64,000 nt of DNA from Longimicrobiales bacterium (GCA_965248195.1 CBDFIQ010000001.1:32001-96000); one strand, 5' to 3'; positions 8,936 to 17,474 are shown, counted from the stretch's first letter. Numbers and translations are program-made. The notes: generated by a model not told the origin, from the letters alone.

Positions 8936-10310
8936 GGTCAAGTCCCGATTTGTGTGTAAAAGCGGAGGAAGCTCCTCGCCTTCGGCTAGGCTGCTTGGGC
9001 GACCTCCTGTTTCTGGAGGAGTGAGAGGTCGAGGTAACGCCGGTCGCCCCAGACGTGTGTGGTCCTGAGTGCGACGGCCGTGATGAGCCTGAGGGCGCTG
9101 GCCCGGTCCGGGAAGGCGCCGGCGGCCTTGATCCTGCGTTTGATCTCGCCGTGCAGCCGCTCGAGGCTGTTGGTGGTACGCAGCCGGGGCCAGTGCGCCT
9201 CGGGGAACGCGTAGAACTGCGTCGCTGCCCCGAAGCCCCGCTCCAGGACCTCCACGGCCTCGGGCAGCTCCTTCTTCCAGCGTGCGCCGAACTCGCCCAG
9301 GAGCTTCTTCGCCTCGGCGAGTCCGGATGTCTGGAAGATCACCGAGACCTCACGCGCCACGCGCTTGCGTAAGCGGTGGGGGACCCTCGCCCCCACATTA
9401 CGCTGCAGATGGACCGTACACCTCTGACGGCGTGCCTCGGGCAGGAAGCGGCGGACCGCAGCTGCCAGGCCTGCGTGCTCATCGGCGATCACGAGCTCGA
9501 CACCGCCGAGGCCGCGGTCCTGGAGTTGCTCGAGGAGCTCCGACCAGCTCTGCTGCGACTCCTCAGCGCCCAGCGTGACGGCCAGGAGCCGTCGGTGACC
9601 CTCAGGGCCCACTGCATACGCCACGAGCGCACTCACGTTCTCGACTTTGCGGGCCCAGCGGGCGTCCAAGAACGTGGCGTCCAGGTACAGATAGGGGTGA
9701 GGCCCCTCGATCGGCGCACGGCGCAGCCCTTCCACGGCCTCGTCGAGCCGTTTTGCCACACGACTCACCGTCGAGCGCCCAACACGCTCGCCCATCAGCG
9801 CCTCGGTGACGTCGCCCATCTTGCGCTGTGACACGCCGCTCACATACGCCTCGACCATCATCTCGTCGAGCTCGGGCTCCTGCGCTGGTAGCGGCCGATC
9901 ACGTCGGCCGGCGAACCGTTGTCCCGGCTCCGGGGCATGGCGACCTCGATCTGCCCCAGGCTCGTCAGCAGCCGCCTCAGGTATGTGCCGTTCCTATGGT
10001 CCTTCCGGCTTCCCACCCGCTCGAAGCGGCGTGCACCTACCATGGCCTTCAGCTCCTCTTCCAGCACCATCTCGAGCGTCAGCCGGATCGCGCCTTGAAA
10101 CAGCTCGCGCAAATCATCGCGTAGCTCGTCTTGCGTGGCCCGACCGATCTCCACAATCTCTTGCATCGGAAGCTCCTCTCCGGTTCCGAGCCTGCTCTGC
10201 AGACCCGGACTCCCGGGTTCATGTGACAGTGAACAACAACAGAGGAGCTTCCGTTTTTCTTTCCCTCCTGTCCAGCTTATCCGCTTTTACACAAATCTAG
10301 GGACACTACC
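8936..10310 (-). mobile_element. IS256 copy 2 (1375 bp; 1-nt deletion near 9874 frameshifts the transposase)
   Basis: Both ends present; ctcgggctcc instead of ctcggggctcc; ORF split into 9858-10166 and 8986-9861. Confidence 0.93.
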
Positions 10311-11258
10311 CTTGCGTAGGCGGTGGGGGACCCTCGCCCCCACATTACGCTGCAGATGGACCGTACACCTCTGACGGCGTGCCTCGGGCAGGAAGCGGCG
10401 GACCGCAGCTGCCAGGCCTGCGTGCTCATCGGCGATCACGAGCTCGACACCGCCGAGGCCGCGGTCCTGGAGTTGCTCGAGGAGCTCCGACCAGCTCTGC
10501 TGCGACTCCTCAGCGCCCAGCGTGACGGCCAGGAGCCGTCGGTGACCCTCAGGGCCCACTGCATACGCCACGAGCGCACTCACGTTCTCGACTTTGCGGG
10601 CCCAGCGGGCGTCCAAGAACGTGGCGTCCAGGTACAGATAGGGGTGAGGCCCCTCGATCGGCGCACGGCGCAGCCCTTCCACGGCCTCGTCGAGCCGTTT
10701 TGCCACACGACTCACCGTCGAGCGCCCAACACGCTCGCCCATCAGCGCCTCGGTGACGTCGCCCATCTTGCGCTGTGACACGCCGCTCACATACGCCTCG
10801 ACCATCATCTCGTCGAGCTCGGGGCTCCTGCGCTGGTAGCGGCCGATCACGTCGGCCGGCGAACCGTTGTCCCGGCTCCGGGGCATGGCGACCTCGATCT
10901 GCCCCAGGCTCGTCAGCAGCCGCCTCAGGTATGTGCCGTTCCTATGGTCCTTCCGGCTTCCCACCCGCTCGAAGCGGCGTGCACCTACCATGGCCTTCAG
11001 CTCCTCTTCCAGCACCATCTCGAGCGTCAGCCGGATCGCGCCTTGAAACAGCTCGCGCAAATCATCGCGTAGCTCGTCTTGCGTGGCCCGACCGATCTCC
11101 ACAATCTCTTGCATCGGAAGCTCCTCTCCGGTTCCGAGCCTGCTCTGCAGACCCGGACTCCCGGGTTCATGTGACAGTGAACAACAACAGAGGAGCTTCC
11201 GTTTTTCTTTCCCTCCTGTCCAGCTTATCCGCTTTTACACAAATCTAGGGACACTACC
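10311..11258 (-). mobile_element. IS256 copy 3, partial (left end plus 5' ~70%)
   Basis: Tandem duplicate of 9364-10310 abutting the left end of copy 2; followed by TCGAAGAGA at 11259-11267. Confidence 0.92.
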
Positions 11259-11442
11259 TCGAAGAGATCGACCACGACATCTGGGCCGTCTACTTTGGCC
11301 CCGTCTCGCTCGGCTGGCTGCACATAAGAAAAGGTGCCATCCTCGACCACAATGGCTCCTCTTCTCGTAACCCAAAACTGTAACCCATCAAGGTTCAGTT
11401 TTTGTTACCCATCAGGGTTCGGGCTCAGACGGTGACTTAGCA

Positions 11443-11847
11443 TCACCGAACCTCGCTGATCTCCAAGAGATGTCCGTCGGGATCTCGGAAGAAGCAGCGG
11501 ACCTCGCCACCGCGGTCGACGGGAGGTGTCAGGAATTCGGCGCCGCGAGACCGCAGCACGTCGTAGGCTGCCTGACAGTCGGGGACCCGCATCGTCAGCT
11601 GATGGCTGACGCGGTCGGGGTCCGCTGGCGGAGCGAAAGTCACGGTTGGCTTGCCCTCGGTTGGACCGCCGCCGGTAACGAGGAGGAGCCATTTGCCCTG
11701 GAACTCCAGTACGGCTGAGGTGCCCTCATATTCACGGAACAGTGTGGCGCCGAGCACGCCGGTGTAGAAGGCTCGTGAGCGCACGATGTCCTCAACCACG
11801 AGGAGGAGAGTCATCTCAACACCCTCAACGGGAAACTCAGACGACAT
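11443..11847 (-). CDS. VOC/glyoxalase family protein (gene cassette)
   Basis: LLVVEDIVRSRAFYTGVLG...FFRDPDGHLLEI; GGAGG RBS. Confidence 0.9.
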   Translation of the reverse strand: MSSEFPVEGVEMTLLLVVEDIVRSRAFYTGVLGATLFREYEGTSAVLEFQGKWLLLVTGGGPTEGKPTVTFAPPADPDRVSHQLTMRVPDCQAAYDVLRSRGAEFLTPPVDRGGEVRCFFRDPDGHLLEISEVR

Positions 11848-11875
11848 CGTACCTCCCACCGACGATGGACTCGCA

Positions 11876-11992
11876 CTCTAACGGATCTGGGTTTCTGCTG
11901 CAGGACCACAATGCCGACCCGGAGCGCGAGCCGCCAGGCGAGTGCTGCCGGACCTCGCAGCTTACCCTGTCAGCAGCAAACCCTTGTTGGGC
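11876..11992 (-). repeat. attC site, intact
   Basis: Minus strand GCCCAAC-AAGGGTTTGCTGCTGACAGG...CCTGCAGCAGAAACCCAGATCC-GTTAGAG: imperfect palindrome with single extrahelical bases. Confidence 0.85.
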
Positions 11993-12097
11993 TGCTCTCG
12001 CTTCGCCGTAGGCGCCCCTCCCAGGAGCCCTAGGCCCGGACCCGCTCGCCGTGTTCCGCCGTCAGAATCGGAGCCTCACATCCCCGGCCCGGTGTCA

Positions 12098-13198
12098 TCA
12101 CCCGTCGATCACGAGTGTCTCCGCGCCACGCCTGGGGCCGCGGCGACTCGGTCGCCACACGAGAAGCAACACGACGGCGAGAAGAAACGCATTCGCCATC
12201 CACATGGCGACAAACGGCGAGATCACCTGCCGGTCAGCGAGCGCCTCGCCCGCATGGAGCAAGGCATAATACCCGGTGAACACGAAGCCGCTCGTGCCGA
12301 GCACGAGCCCGACGCCGCCGTGCGGGAAGCGAAGCGCGGTCGCCGCGGCGGCCAACGCCAGGACCACGCACGCGGCGGCGAGAGCGAACTTCTTGTGGAT
12401 CTCGACCTCGTACGCGGCCACGCGCACGGCCGCGTCCGGCCCCGTCTCAGTTCGAGCCCGCCCTGCCGCCCCCCGCAGTTCGCCGATGGTCATCGTCCGG
12501 TCGGTCGGCTCCCGTGGAGCGCCCTTGATCACCTCCGCGAGCCGCGCGTTCGCGCGGGGAAGGACCTGAGTGTTCGAGACGAAGGTCAACGTAGCGATGA
12601 CAGCGGCAGCGCCCAGCACGGGAGCGACCAGGCGGCGGACCCCGTGGCGTTCTCGCCTCGCGGATGCGAGAACACCTTCCGCGCCCAGCCGCGTGAATAC
12701 CCACGAGACGGCAAGGAAGACGGCCATCGGGATCGTCAGTGCCAGCGTGAACGGCACCGCGAGCATCAGCACCTCGACGGTCACGCCGGCCGGGACTCCC
12801 CTCTCGCTCAGTTGCGGCAATTGCTGCACGGCGTAGTTGGCAAGCAGGATTACCGTCAGCGATCCGCACGAGAGGGCGAAAGGAGTGACGTGGCGGCGCA
12901 GCAGCTGCCGGTGCGTGAGCTTCGACATCGATGGACCTCCGGGGTTTGGGCCGTCCTCTGGCTCCCTGACGCCGACGGATCGACCCGGCGCACGGATAGT
13001 GGTTCGGATGTACCCGCTCAGCGCCAGGCGAGCGATGGCAGCGATTGCGCCCAGCGCGAAGCGCGTATGCTCGGTGGGATCAGCAATCGAGTCGAGTTCC
13101 GCCACCATCCCTCGTGCCAGCTCGCGGTGCCGCGGCGGGGAGAGTTTCACCATGCGCTCGACGATGCGCTCGAGCGCGAGGGGAGAGCGTCGCGGCAT
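12098..13198 (-). CDS. LptF/LptG-family membrane protein lacking the periplasmic domain, with an extra N-terminal domain
   Basis: PFTLALTIPMAVFLAV...F.RL..EG, VLPRAN, MTIGEL, YEVEIHKKFALAAAC, ISPFVAMWMAN; possible GTG start at 13204 overlapping the padR stop. Confidence 0.75.
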   Translation of the reverse strand: MPRRSPLALERIVERMVKLSPPRHRELARGMVAELDSIADPTEHTRFALGAIAAIARLALSGYIRTTIRAPGRSVGVREPEDGPNPGGPSMSKLTHRQLLRRHVTPFALSCGSLTVILLANYAVQQLPQLSERGVPAGVTVEVLMLAVPFTLALTIPMAVFLAVSWVFTRLGAEGVLASARRERHGVRRLVAPVLGAAAVIATLTFVSNTQVLPRANARLAEVIKGAPREPTDRTMTIGELRGAAGRARTETGPDAAVRVAAYEVEIHKKFALAAACVVLALAAAATALRFPHGGVGLVLGTSGFVFTGYYALLHAGEALADRQVISPFVAMWMANAFLLAVVLLLVWRPSRRGPRRGAETLVIDG

Positions 13199-13200
13199 GT

Positions 13201-13503
13201 TCACGCCTTGCGGGTGTGGGGAGGTCGGAGCCACGACGCCTGTGCGCGTTCCAGCGCATGGCGCGCCTGAATCCGACCAGTGGCGGTGAGGCGGTACAGC
13301 TGTCGCGGCGGCTTTCCAGGAAGCTCGGATGCTTCCCATCGCGACTCGAGCCAGCCGTCTTCGGTGAGTCGCGCGAGGAGCGGGTACAGTGTGCCTGACG
13401 AGATGTCGGCGACCTTCATCAGATCGTAGCCGTAGCGCCAGCTCCTCGGCGCCTCCAGAAAGGCGATGAGCGTGCGAGTCGTGGTGCGGGTGAGCCGTTG
13501 CAT
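13201..13503 (-). CDS. PadR family transcriptional regulator
   Basis: YGYDLMK...SGTLYPLLARLTEDGWLESRWE...PPRQLYRLTATG. Confidence 0.95.
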   Translation of the reverse strand: MQRLTRTTTRTLIAFLEAPRSWRYGYDLMKVADISSGTLYPLLARLTEDGWLESRWEASELPGKPPRQLYRLTATGRIQARHALERAQASWLRPPHTRKA

Positions 13504-13538
13504 GGCCTTAATCTACATATGTCGTATTAGACGCGCAA
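13504..13538 (-). promoter_or_regulatory. Sigma70 promoter for a leaderless padR transcript, with an overlapping operator-like palindrome
   Basis: TTGCGC-17 nt-TAGATT-6 nt-ATG; imperfect palindrome taatctACATATGTcgtatta; no RBS. Confidence 0.65.
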
Positions 13539-13653
13539 GGCCGGAGATGCTCACCCACCGCCGCCGCCACGGCGTCAGGCTCGCCACCTCCGCATTCGTG
13601 CCGGTGGGCCAGGAGCGTCGATCACTTCGAGAACGCAGCGCTCAGGCAGAGCA

Positions 13654-13675
13654 GCCTAACGGATCTGCGATTCTG
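13654..13675 (-). repeat. attC, R' arm (split by IS1111)
   Basis: gcctaacggatctgcgattctg joins 15135-15213 to rebuild a site homologous to 15810-15911. Confidence 0.85.
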
Positions 13676-13767
13676 ATCTTATAAGGCGAAAGGCTGACCT
13701 CACTCGAGCGTGGCGTTACGCTGATCTTGCTCAAAGGCCTGCGGCACCCAACCCAAGGAGGCCAGCC

Positions 13768-14805
13768 ATGTTTGTCGCAGGAATCGATGCTCACGCAACG
13801 TATTCGGTGATCGCCATCGTGAGCAACACAGGTCAGCTCGTTGCCGGACCCATCCGGATCAAGAATACGCAAGAGGATCGGCTCAATGATCTACTGGAGC
13901 AGTATCAGCCCCTGGAGGTGGTCGTCGAGACGAGTCCGGCCTGGCCGTGGCTCTTCGATCGACTCCAAGAGCGGGGGATCGACTTCGTGCTCGCTCACGC
14001 CAAGCGGCTCCGAGTCATCGCCGAGTCCAACTACAAGAGTGACGACATCGACGCCGAGTTGTTGACCCGTATGCGACTCGCGGGCCTCATCCCCGAGGTC
14101 CATCCGAAGTGCGTCGAGCAGCGGGAGCAGGCGGTACTGCTACGCAACCGGGCACGACTCGTACGCGAACGCACACGCATGGTGAACCGCATCCATGCCC
14201 AGATCCACAACGTCGGGCTTCATCTGGAGCGTGGGCGTCTGCTCACCCAGGATGGACGCCAGTGGGTGCATGACGTGGCGTGGCCGCTGCTCGGAGCCGA
14301 GCGGCGTCTGTTCATCGACATGCAGTGGGAACTCATCGACCAGATCGTGCCGATGATCAAAACGCTTGATCGCAGGGTTGAGCACGTAGGCCGCAAGGTC
14401 CCCGCTGTAGCTCTGCTCGAGACCATCCCGGGCGTCGGTTCCTATCGGGCATTGCTCATCGCCACCGAGACGTTGCCCATCAAACGATTTCGTACACCGG
14501 GGCACCTGGTCAGCTACGCCGGTCTAGCCCCTCGCTCCTCACAGTCAGGGCTCCGGCCCATCCGCCACGGATCGATCCCCGCCGGGGCCAACCGTTGGCT
14601 GAGGGGCACCTTCGTCCGGACCGTCGTGAGCCACGTCACTCACGCGCCCGACAGCTGGCTATCACAGTCGTACGAACTGATCAGGCAACGGCTCGGGTGG
14701 CAGGTCGCTCGGGTCGCTACCGCTCGGCGCCTCGCTCGTGCTGTGCACGCGATGCTCCGTACGGGTGAGGTCTGGCACGATGAACCCGTGGCTCGATCAA
14801 ACTGA
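13768..14805 (+). CDS. IS110 family recombinase/transposase
   Basis: GIDAH, VVET, KSDDIDA (DEDD); TIPGVG...SYAGLAP..SQSG (catalytic Ser)...GAN; ATARRL. Confidence 0.95.
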   Translation: MFVAGIDAHATYSVIAIVSNTGQLVAGPIRIKNTQEDRLNDLLEQYQPLEVVVETSPAWPWLFDRLQERGIDFVLAHAKRLRVIAESNYKSDDIDAELLTRMRLAGLIPEVHPKCVEQREQAVLLRNRARLVRERTRMVNRIHAQIHNVGLHLERGRLLTQDGRQWVHDVAWPLLGAERRLFIDMQWELIDQIVPMIKTLDRRVEHVGRKVPAVALLETIPGVGSYRALLIATETLPIKRFRTPGHLVSYAGLAPRSSQSGLRPIRHGSIPAGANRWLRGTFVRTVVSHVTHAPDSWLSQSYELIRQRLGWQVARVATARRLARAVHAMLRTGEVWHDEPVARSN

Positions 14806-14829
14806 GATGACACACGATGATGGACCGTA

Positions 14830-14995
14830 CCACGACAGGGGTGAGCTCCGCGCGCAGCATGTCGCACGACGACCCTCAGATTCTGATTGAGCCCCCCGCT
14901 CGCATAGCAGATCTTCGGACATCCCCGCGCTGGGATGAAACCTGAATAGATGCCTGAGTTCCTCGTGAGAGGAGACTCACCCAAGATCGGACGCG
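14830..14995 (+). ncRNA. Candidate bridge/seek RNA of the IS1111 element
   Basis: CGCGCAGCA (14851-14859) and GATTCTG (14879-14885) match the two halves of the attC target; ATAGATG (14946-14952) matches the donor junction; stems flank these segments. Boundaries are approximate. Confidence 0.75.
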
Positions 14996-15132
14996 ACGTT
15001 GGTACTGAAGGATGAAAAACGGAAGATGATCACGCAGGCCTTGAGCTACAGACCAGTGGACCGAGCCACCCCTCCGGGACCCCGGACGGGTAAGGGAGGG
15101 CTACGCCCTGTTGACTCCCTTCACCTTATAGA

Positions 15133-15213
15133 TGCTGCGCGTCCAAGATGCCGACCGTAAGCGTAGCGCGCGAGCCTGATGCCTACCGCAACTGCAGCAA
15201 TCACTTGTTAGGG
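15133..15213 (-). repeat. attC, main part with R'' (split by IS1111)
   Basis: tgctgcgcgtccaagatg...gcctaccgcaactgcagcaatcacttgttaggg; R'' overlaps the bioY TAA. Confidence 0.85.
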
Positions 15214-15729
15214 GGCTGACGACTTGGCTGATTCAGCTTCAGAGAATCCTGCGATGACCACCACCGTTACAGCTGCGACAAGGGACTTCAGCATCCCACC
15301 CATAACAAATGGGGCGACCCCCTGCCAGAATGCGGGGGTCGCCCCCAGCATCCAGGCGAGCCTCAACCACCCAAGAGCTAGAATCAGCGCATGACCGCAG
15401 ATCATGACGGCAATGGCAGGGCCGAACCGGCGGAGCAGGCCGCGGTCGGCTAATCGACCGGCCGCTGCAGCTGCCGCGACAAAGCCCAGTAGATACCCGG
15501 CGGTCGGCCCTACGAAGTGCGCCCACCCCGACCCACCTCCGGCAAAGACTGGGACGCCGATTCCGCCGACAATGAGGTAGGCGGTCAGTGTCAGGGCGCC
15601 GTCCCGAGCGCCAAGGAGGGAGCCGACGACCAGAACGGCCAGTGTTTGCGCACTCTGGGGGACGTCCGCGCCTGGGATCGTCGCAGTCACTCTCGCAGAG
15701 AGTGCAACCACCACAACACCAACGGTCAT
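15208..15729 (-). CDS. bioY: Biotin transporter BioY (gene cassette)
   Basis: VPQSAQTLAVLVVGSLLGARDG...YLIVGGIGVPVFAGG...GPTAGYLLGF...GVAPF. Confidence 0.9.
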   Translation of the reverse strand: MTVGVVVVALSARVTATIPGADVPQSAQTLAVLVVGSLLGARDGALTLTAYLIVGGIGVPVFAGGGSGWAHFVGPTAGYLLGFVAAAAAAGRLADRGLLRRFGPAIAVMICGHALILALGWLRLAWMLGATPAFWQGVAPFVMGGMLKSLVAAVTVVVIAGFSEAESAKSSAP

Positions 15730-15809
15730 CAGCGAGAGACGCCGGAGCCATCCGGTGTTCGGTGCGGTGGTGTGTGGTGGTGTTTCGATGCTCCCCCCTC
15801 AGCCCAGCC

Positions 15810-15911
15810 CCCTAACGTCTCTGCGATTCTGCTGCGTGGCTAATGTGGTGACCGCAAGCGAAGCGCGCGAGCCTCAAAGCCTACCGCGACAGTAGCAATC
15901 GCTTGTTGGAT
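15810..15911 (-). repeat. attC site, intact
   Basis: Minus strand ATCCAAC-AAGCGATTGCTACTG...GCAGCAGAATCGCAGAGAC-GTTAGGG. Confidence 0.85.
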
Positions 15912-15945
15912 GGCCCTTCGGGACGTCGTACTAAGCCGGACGCAC

Positions 15946-16341
15946 TCAGCCTGGTGCTGCCAGAACGTACGCGCGCGCGCTTCTTACGCGATCTCCAGAC
16001 CATTCGATGATCTCAGTGGCGAGCCCAGGACGGTCTTGGGTGCCGATGAGGAACTCGTACTCCACAACCGAAGTGGATTGGGTCTCAAGTACCCAGGTGA
16101 CCCTGTACCTCAGCGTGCCCTTGACCGGAGCGTAGGACGCAACGAATTCTCGGATGGCGGCGGCCCCTCGCACCGTAGCATCAGTGACGTCCGGTACACG
16201 TCCGATGACGCCAGGACCCCGATGTGTGCCGCCCTCGAGGTACTGCTGGCTTACCGATTCCGGATCAAGGCTTACCCATGCCCCTAGATAGGACTGCAGG
16301 CGCTCGCTCACCGCAACGCTTGTCTCGAGCTGTTCGCGCAC
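15946..16341 (-). CDS. NTF2/SnoaL-like protein (gene cassette; possibly 5'-truncated by an in-frame TAG)
   Basis: YLGAWVSLDPESVSQQY...VRGAAAIREF...SVVEY...ATEIIEW.GDRV..ARAY. Confidence 0.65.
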   Translation of the reverse strand: MREQLETSVAVSERLQSYLGAWVSLDPESVSQQYLEGGTHRGPGVIGRVPDVTDATVRGAAAIREFVASYAPVKGTLRYRVTWVLETQSTSVVEYEFLIGTQDRPGLATEIIEWSGDRVRSARAYVLAAPG

Positions 16342-16409
16342 CGGCTACGCCAGGGCCATGACCGGCGGGAGGACTACAAGAACCTTGTGAGTGCACCGCA
16401 CCTCAACCC

Positions 16410-16475
16410 CCCTAAGCAACGTGAACATGGGCCATCTAACTTTCAACTGTACTGCGAATCCTCTTGATCTTCTAA
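16410..16475 (-). promoter_or_regulatory. Candidate attI (first crossover point, GTTAGAT at 16440-16434)
   Basis: gggccatctaac (16429-16440) is complementary 11/12 to gttggatggccc (15905-15916); no attC palindrome upstream. Confidence 0.5.
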
Positions 16476-16772
16476 AGCGGATCCGTTGCGTGGATGGCAA
16501 CGTAGGAGAGACCAAGAGGGCCCGACAGACCCGGTGCAGTCCGCCGCTTGTGGCTTCTTTGCCCTCGGGTTTGGGTTGCCCCGGAGACGTGTTGGTTGCG
16601 TCGGGGAGGCTGTCGGTCGGTGGCAGCCTAGATACCAGAAAACAAACGGGCTCCCGCCTCCGGGCCGTGCACCAGCTCCGCGACTCGAGTAGACTGTCCG
16701 CGGGATTACGGTGACCATGACACCGAGCTGCCATCGTGGCAGCGTGCTGAAGTTTCATACCCGGGAGATTCC

Positions 16773-17474
16773 ATGGACCTCAGAGATACCGTTGCGCTGG
16801 TGACCGGTGGCAGCGAGGGGATCGGTCGCGCCATCGCTGAGGCGCTGATTGAACAGGGATGCAAAGTCACCGTTATGGGCCGTCGTGAGGATGCCGTTCG
16901 GAAGACCGCCGAGGAGTTGGGACTGGACTGGATCGTGGGCGACGTGGGAAACGAGACGGATGCGGCTCGCACCGTGACCTCCGTGATCGAAAAGCACGGG
17001 CGCCTCGACATTCTGGTCAACAACGCCGGATATGGAATCTTCAAACATCTGGTCGACACGACCCTCGAGGAATTGGAGGGCGTGTACCGCACGAACGTGT
17101 TCGGCCCATTCCTCATGTCGCGGGAAGCGGCTCGCCAGTTTATCAAACAAGGCAGCGGCGAACTGATCAATATTGCCTCTACCTCAGGCCTCAAGGGCAG
17201 TGCCGGGCGTACCGCGTACGGTTCCTCGAAGTTCGCGTTGCGCGGGATGACGGAGTGTTGGCGGGATGAGCTTCGACGGCACAACGTGCGCGTCACGTTG
17301 GTGAACCCGAGCGAAGTGATGACCAACTTCGCTGCGAAGGCTGGCGTCGAGCGGGAGCTTTCCGAGAAGAAGCTGCGGCCTGAGGAAATCGCCAACGCCA
17401 TCGTTGGAGCGCTCAACGTGGATAGCCGGGGCTTCATTCCCGAGTTCTCAGTGTTTGCGACGAATCCTTTTTGA
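16773..17474 (+). CDS. SDR family oxidoreductase
   Basis: VTGGSEGIG, NNAG, YGSSK. Confidence 0.95.
   Translation: MDLRDTVALVTGGSEGIGRAIAEALIEQGCKVTVMGRREDAVRKTAEELGLDWIVGDVGNETDAARTVTSVIEKHGRLDILVNNAGYGIFKHLVDTTLEELEGVYRTNVFGPFLMSREAARQFIKQGSGELINIASTSGLKGSAGRTAYGSSKFALRGMTECWRDELRRHNVRVTLVNPSEVMTNFAAKAGVERELSEKKLRPEEIANAIVGALNVDSRGFIPEFSVFATNPF

Larger units (their letters stand above)
7870..11383 (+). pseudogene. IS481 transposase split by IS256 (7870-8935 plus 11268-11383)
   Basis: MPWLETDPM...VSRKTGYKW...WSADFKG...IRTDNGTPF...PQQNGRHER; resumes after the duplicated TCGAAGAGA as IDHDIWAVYFGPVSLG...PKL*. Confidence 0.9.
7778..11431 (+). mobile_element. IS481-family element with nested IS256 copies
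   Basis: Both ends carry doubled gaaccNtgatgggtNaca-like boxes in inverted orientation; transposase inside; no target duplication seen, so the exact ends are approximate. Confidence 0.8.
13676..15132 (+). mobile_element. IS110-family, IS1111 subgroup element inserted in attC at a TG core
   Basis: Sub-terminal IRs TATAAGGCGAAAGG (13680-13693) and CCCTTCACCTTATA (15117-15130), 12/14; TG on both sides; long 3' non-coding region. Confidence 0.9.

Noticed and set aside
7870..9024. 384-aa ORF as an intact IS481 transposase
   Set aside because: The last ~29 aa are read-through into the IS256 end; the true C-terminus lies at 11268-11383.
9858..9880. Programmed frameshift in IS256 copy 2
   Set aside because: The three other copies have G4 and an open frame here, so this is a 1-nt deletion or error.
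11942..13270. 442-aa plus-strand ORF, and similar long antisense ORFs such as 24753-26159, 38848-40302 and 55517-57289
   Set aside because: Antisense to well-supported genes, low-complexity Arg/Pro/Gly composition, no motifs.
2573..15911. Dispersed ~100-bp repeats as a CRISPR array
   Set aside because: Spacers are whole genes, repeats are long and degenerate, and no cas genes are present; the attC interpretation fits.
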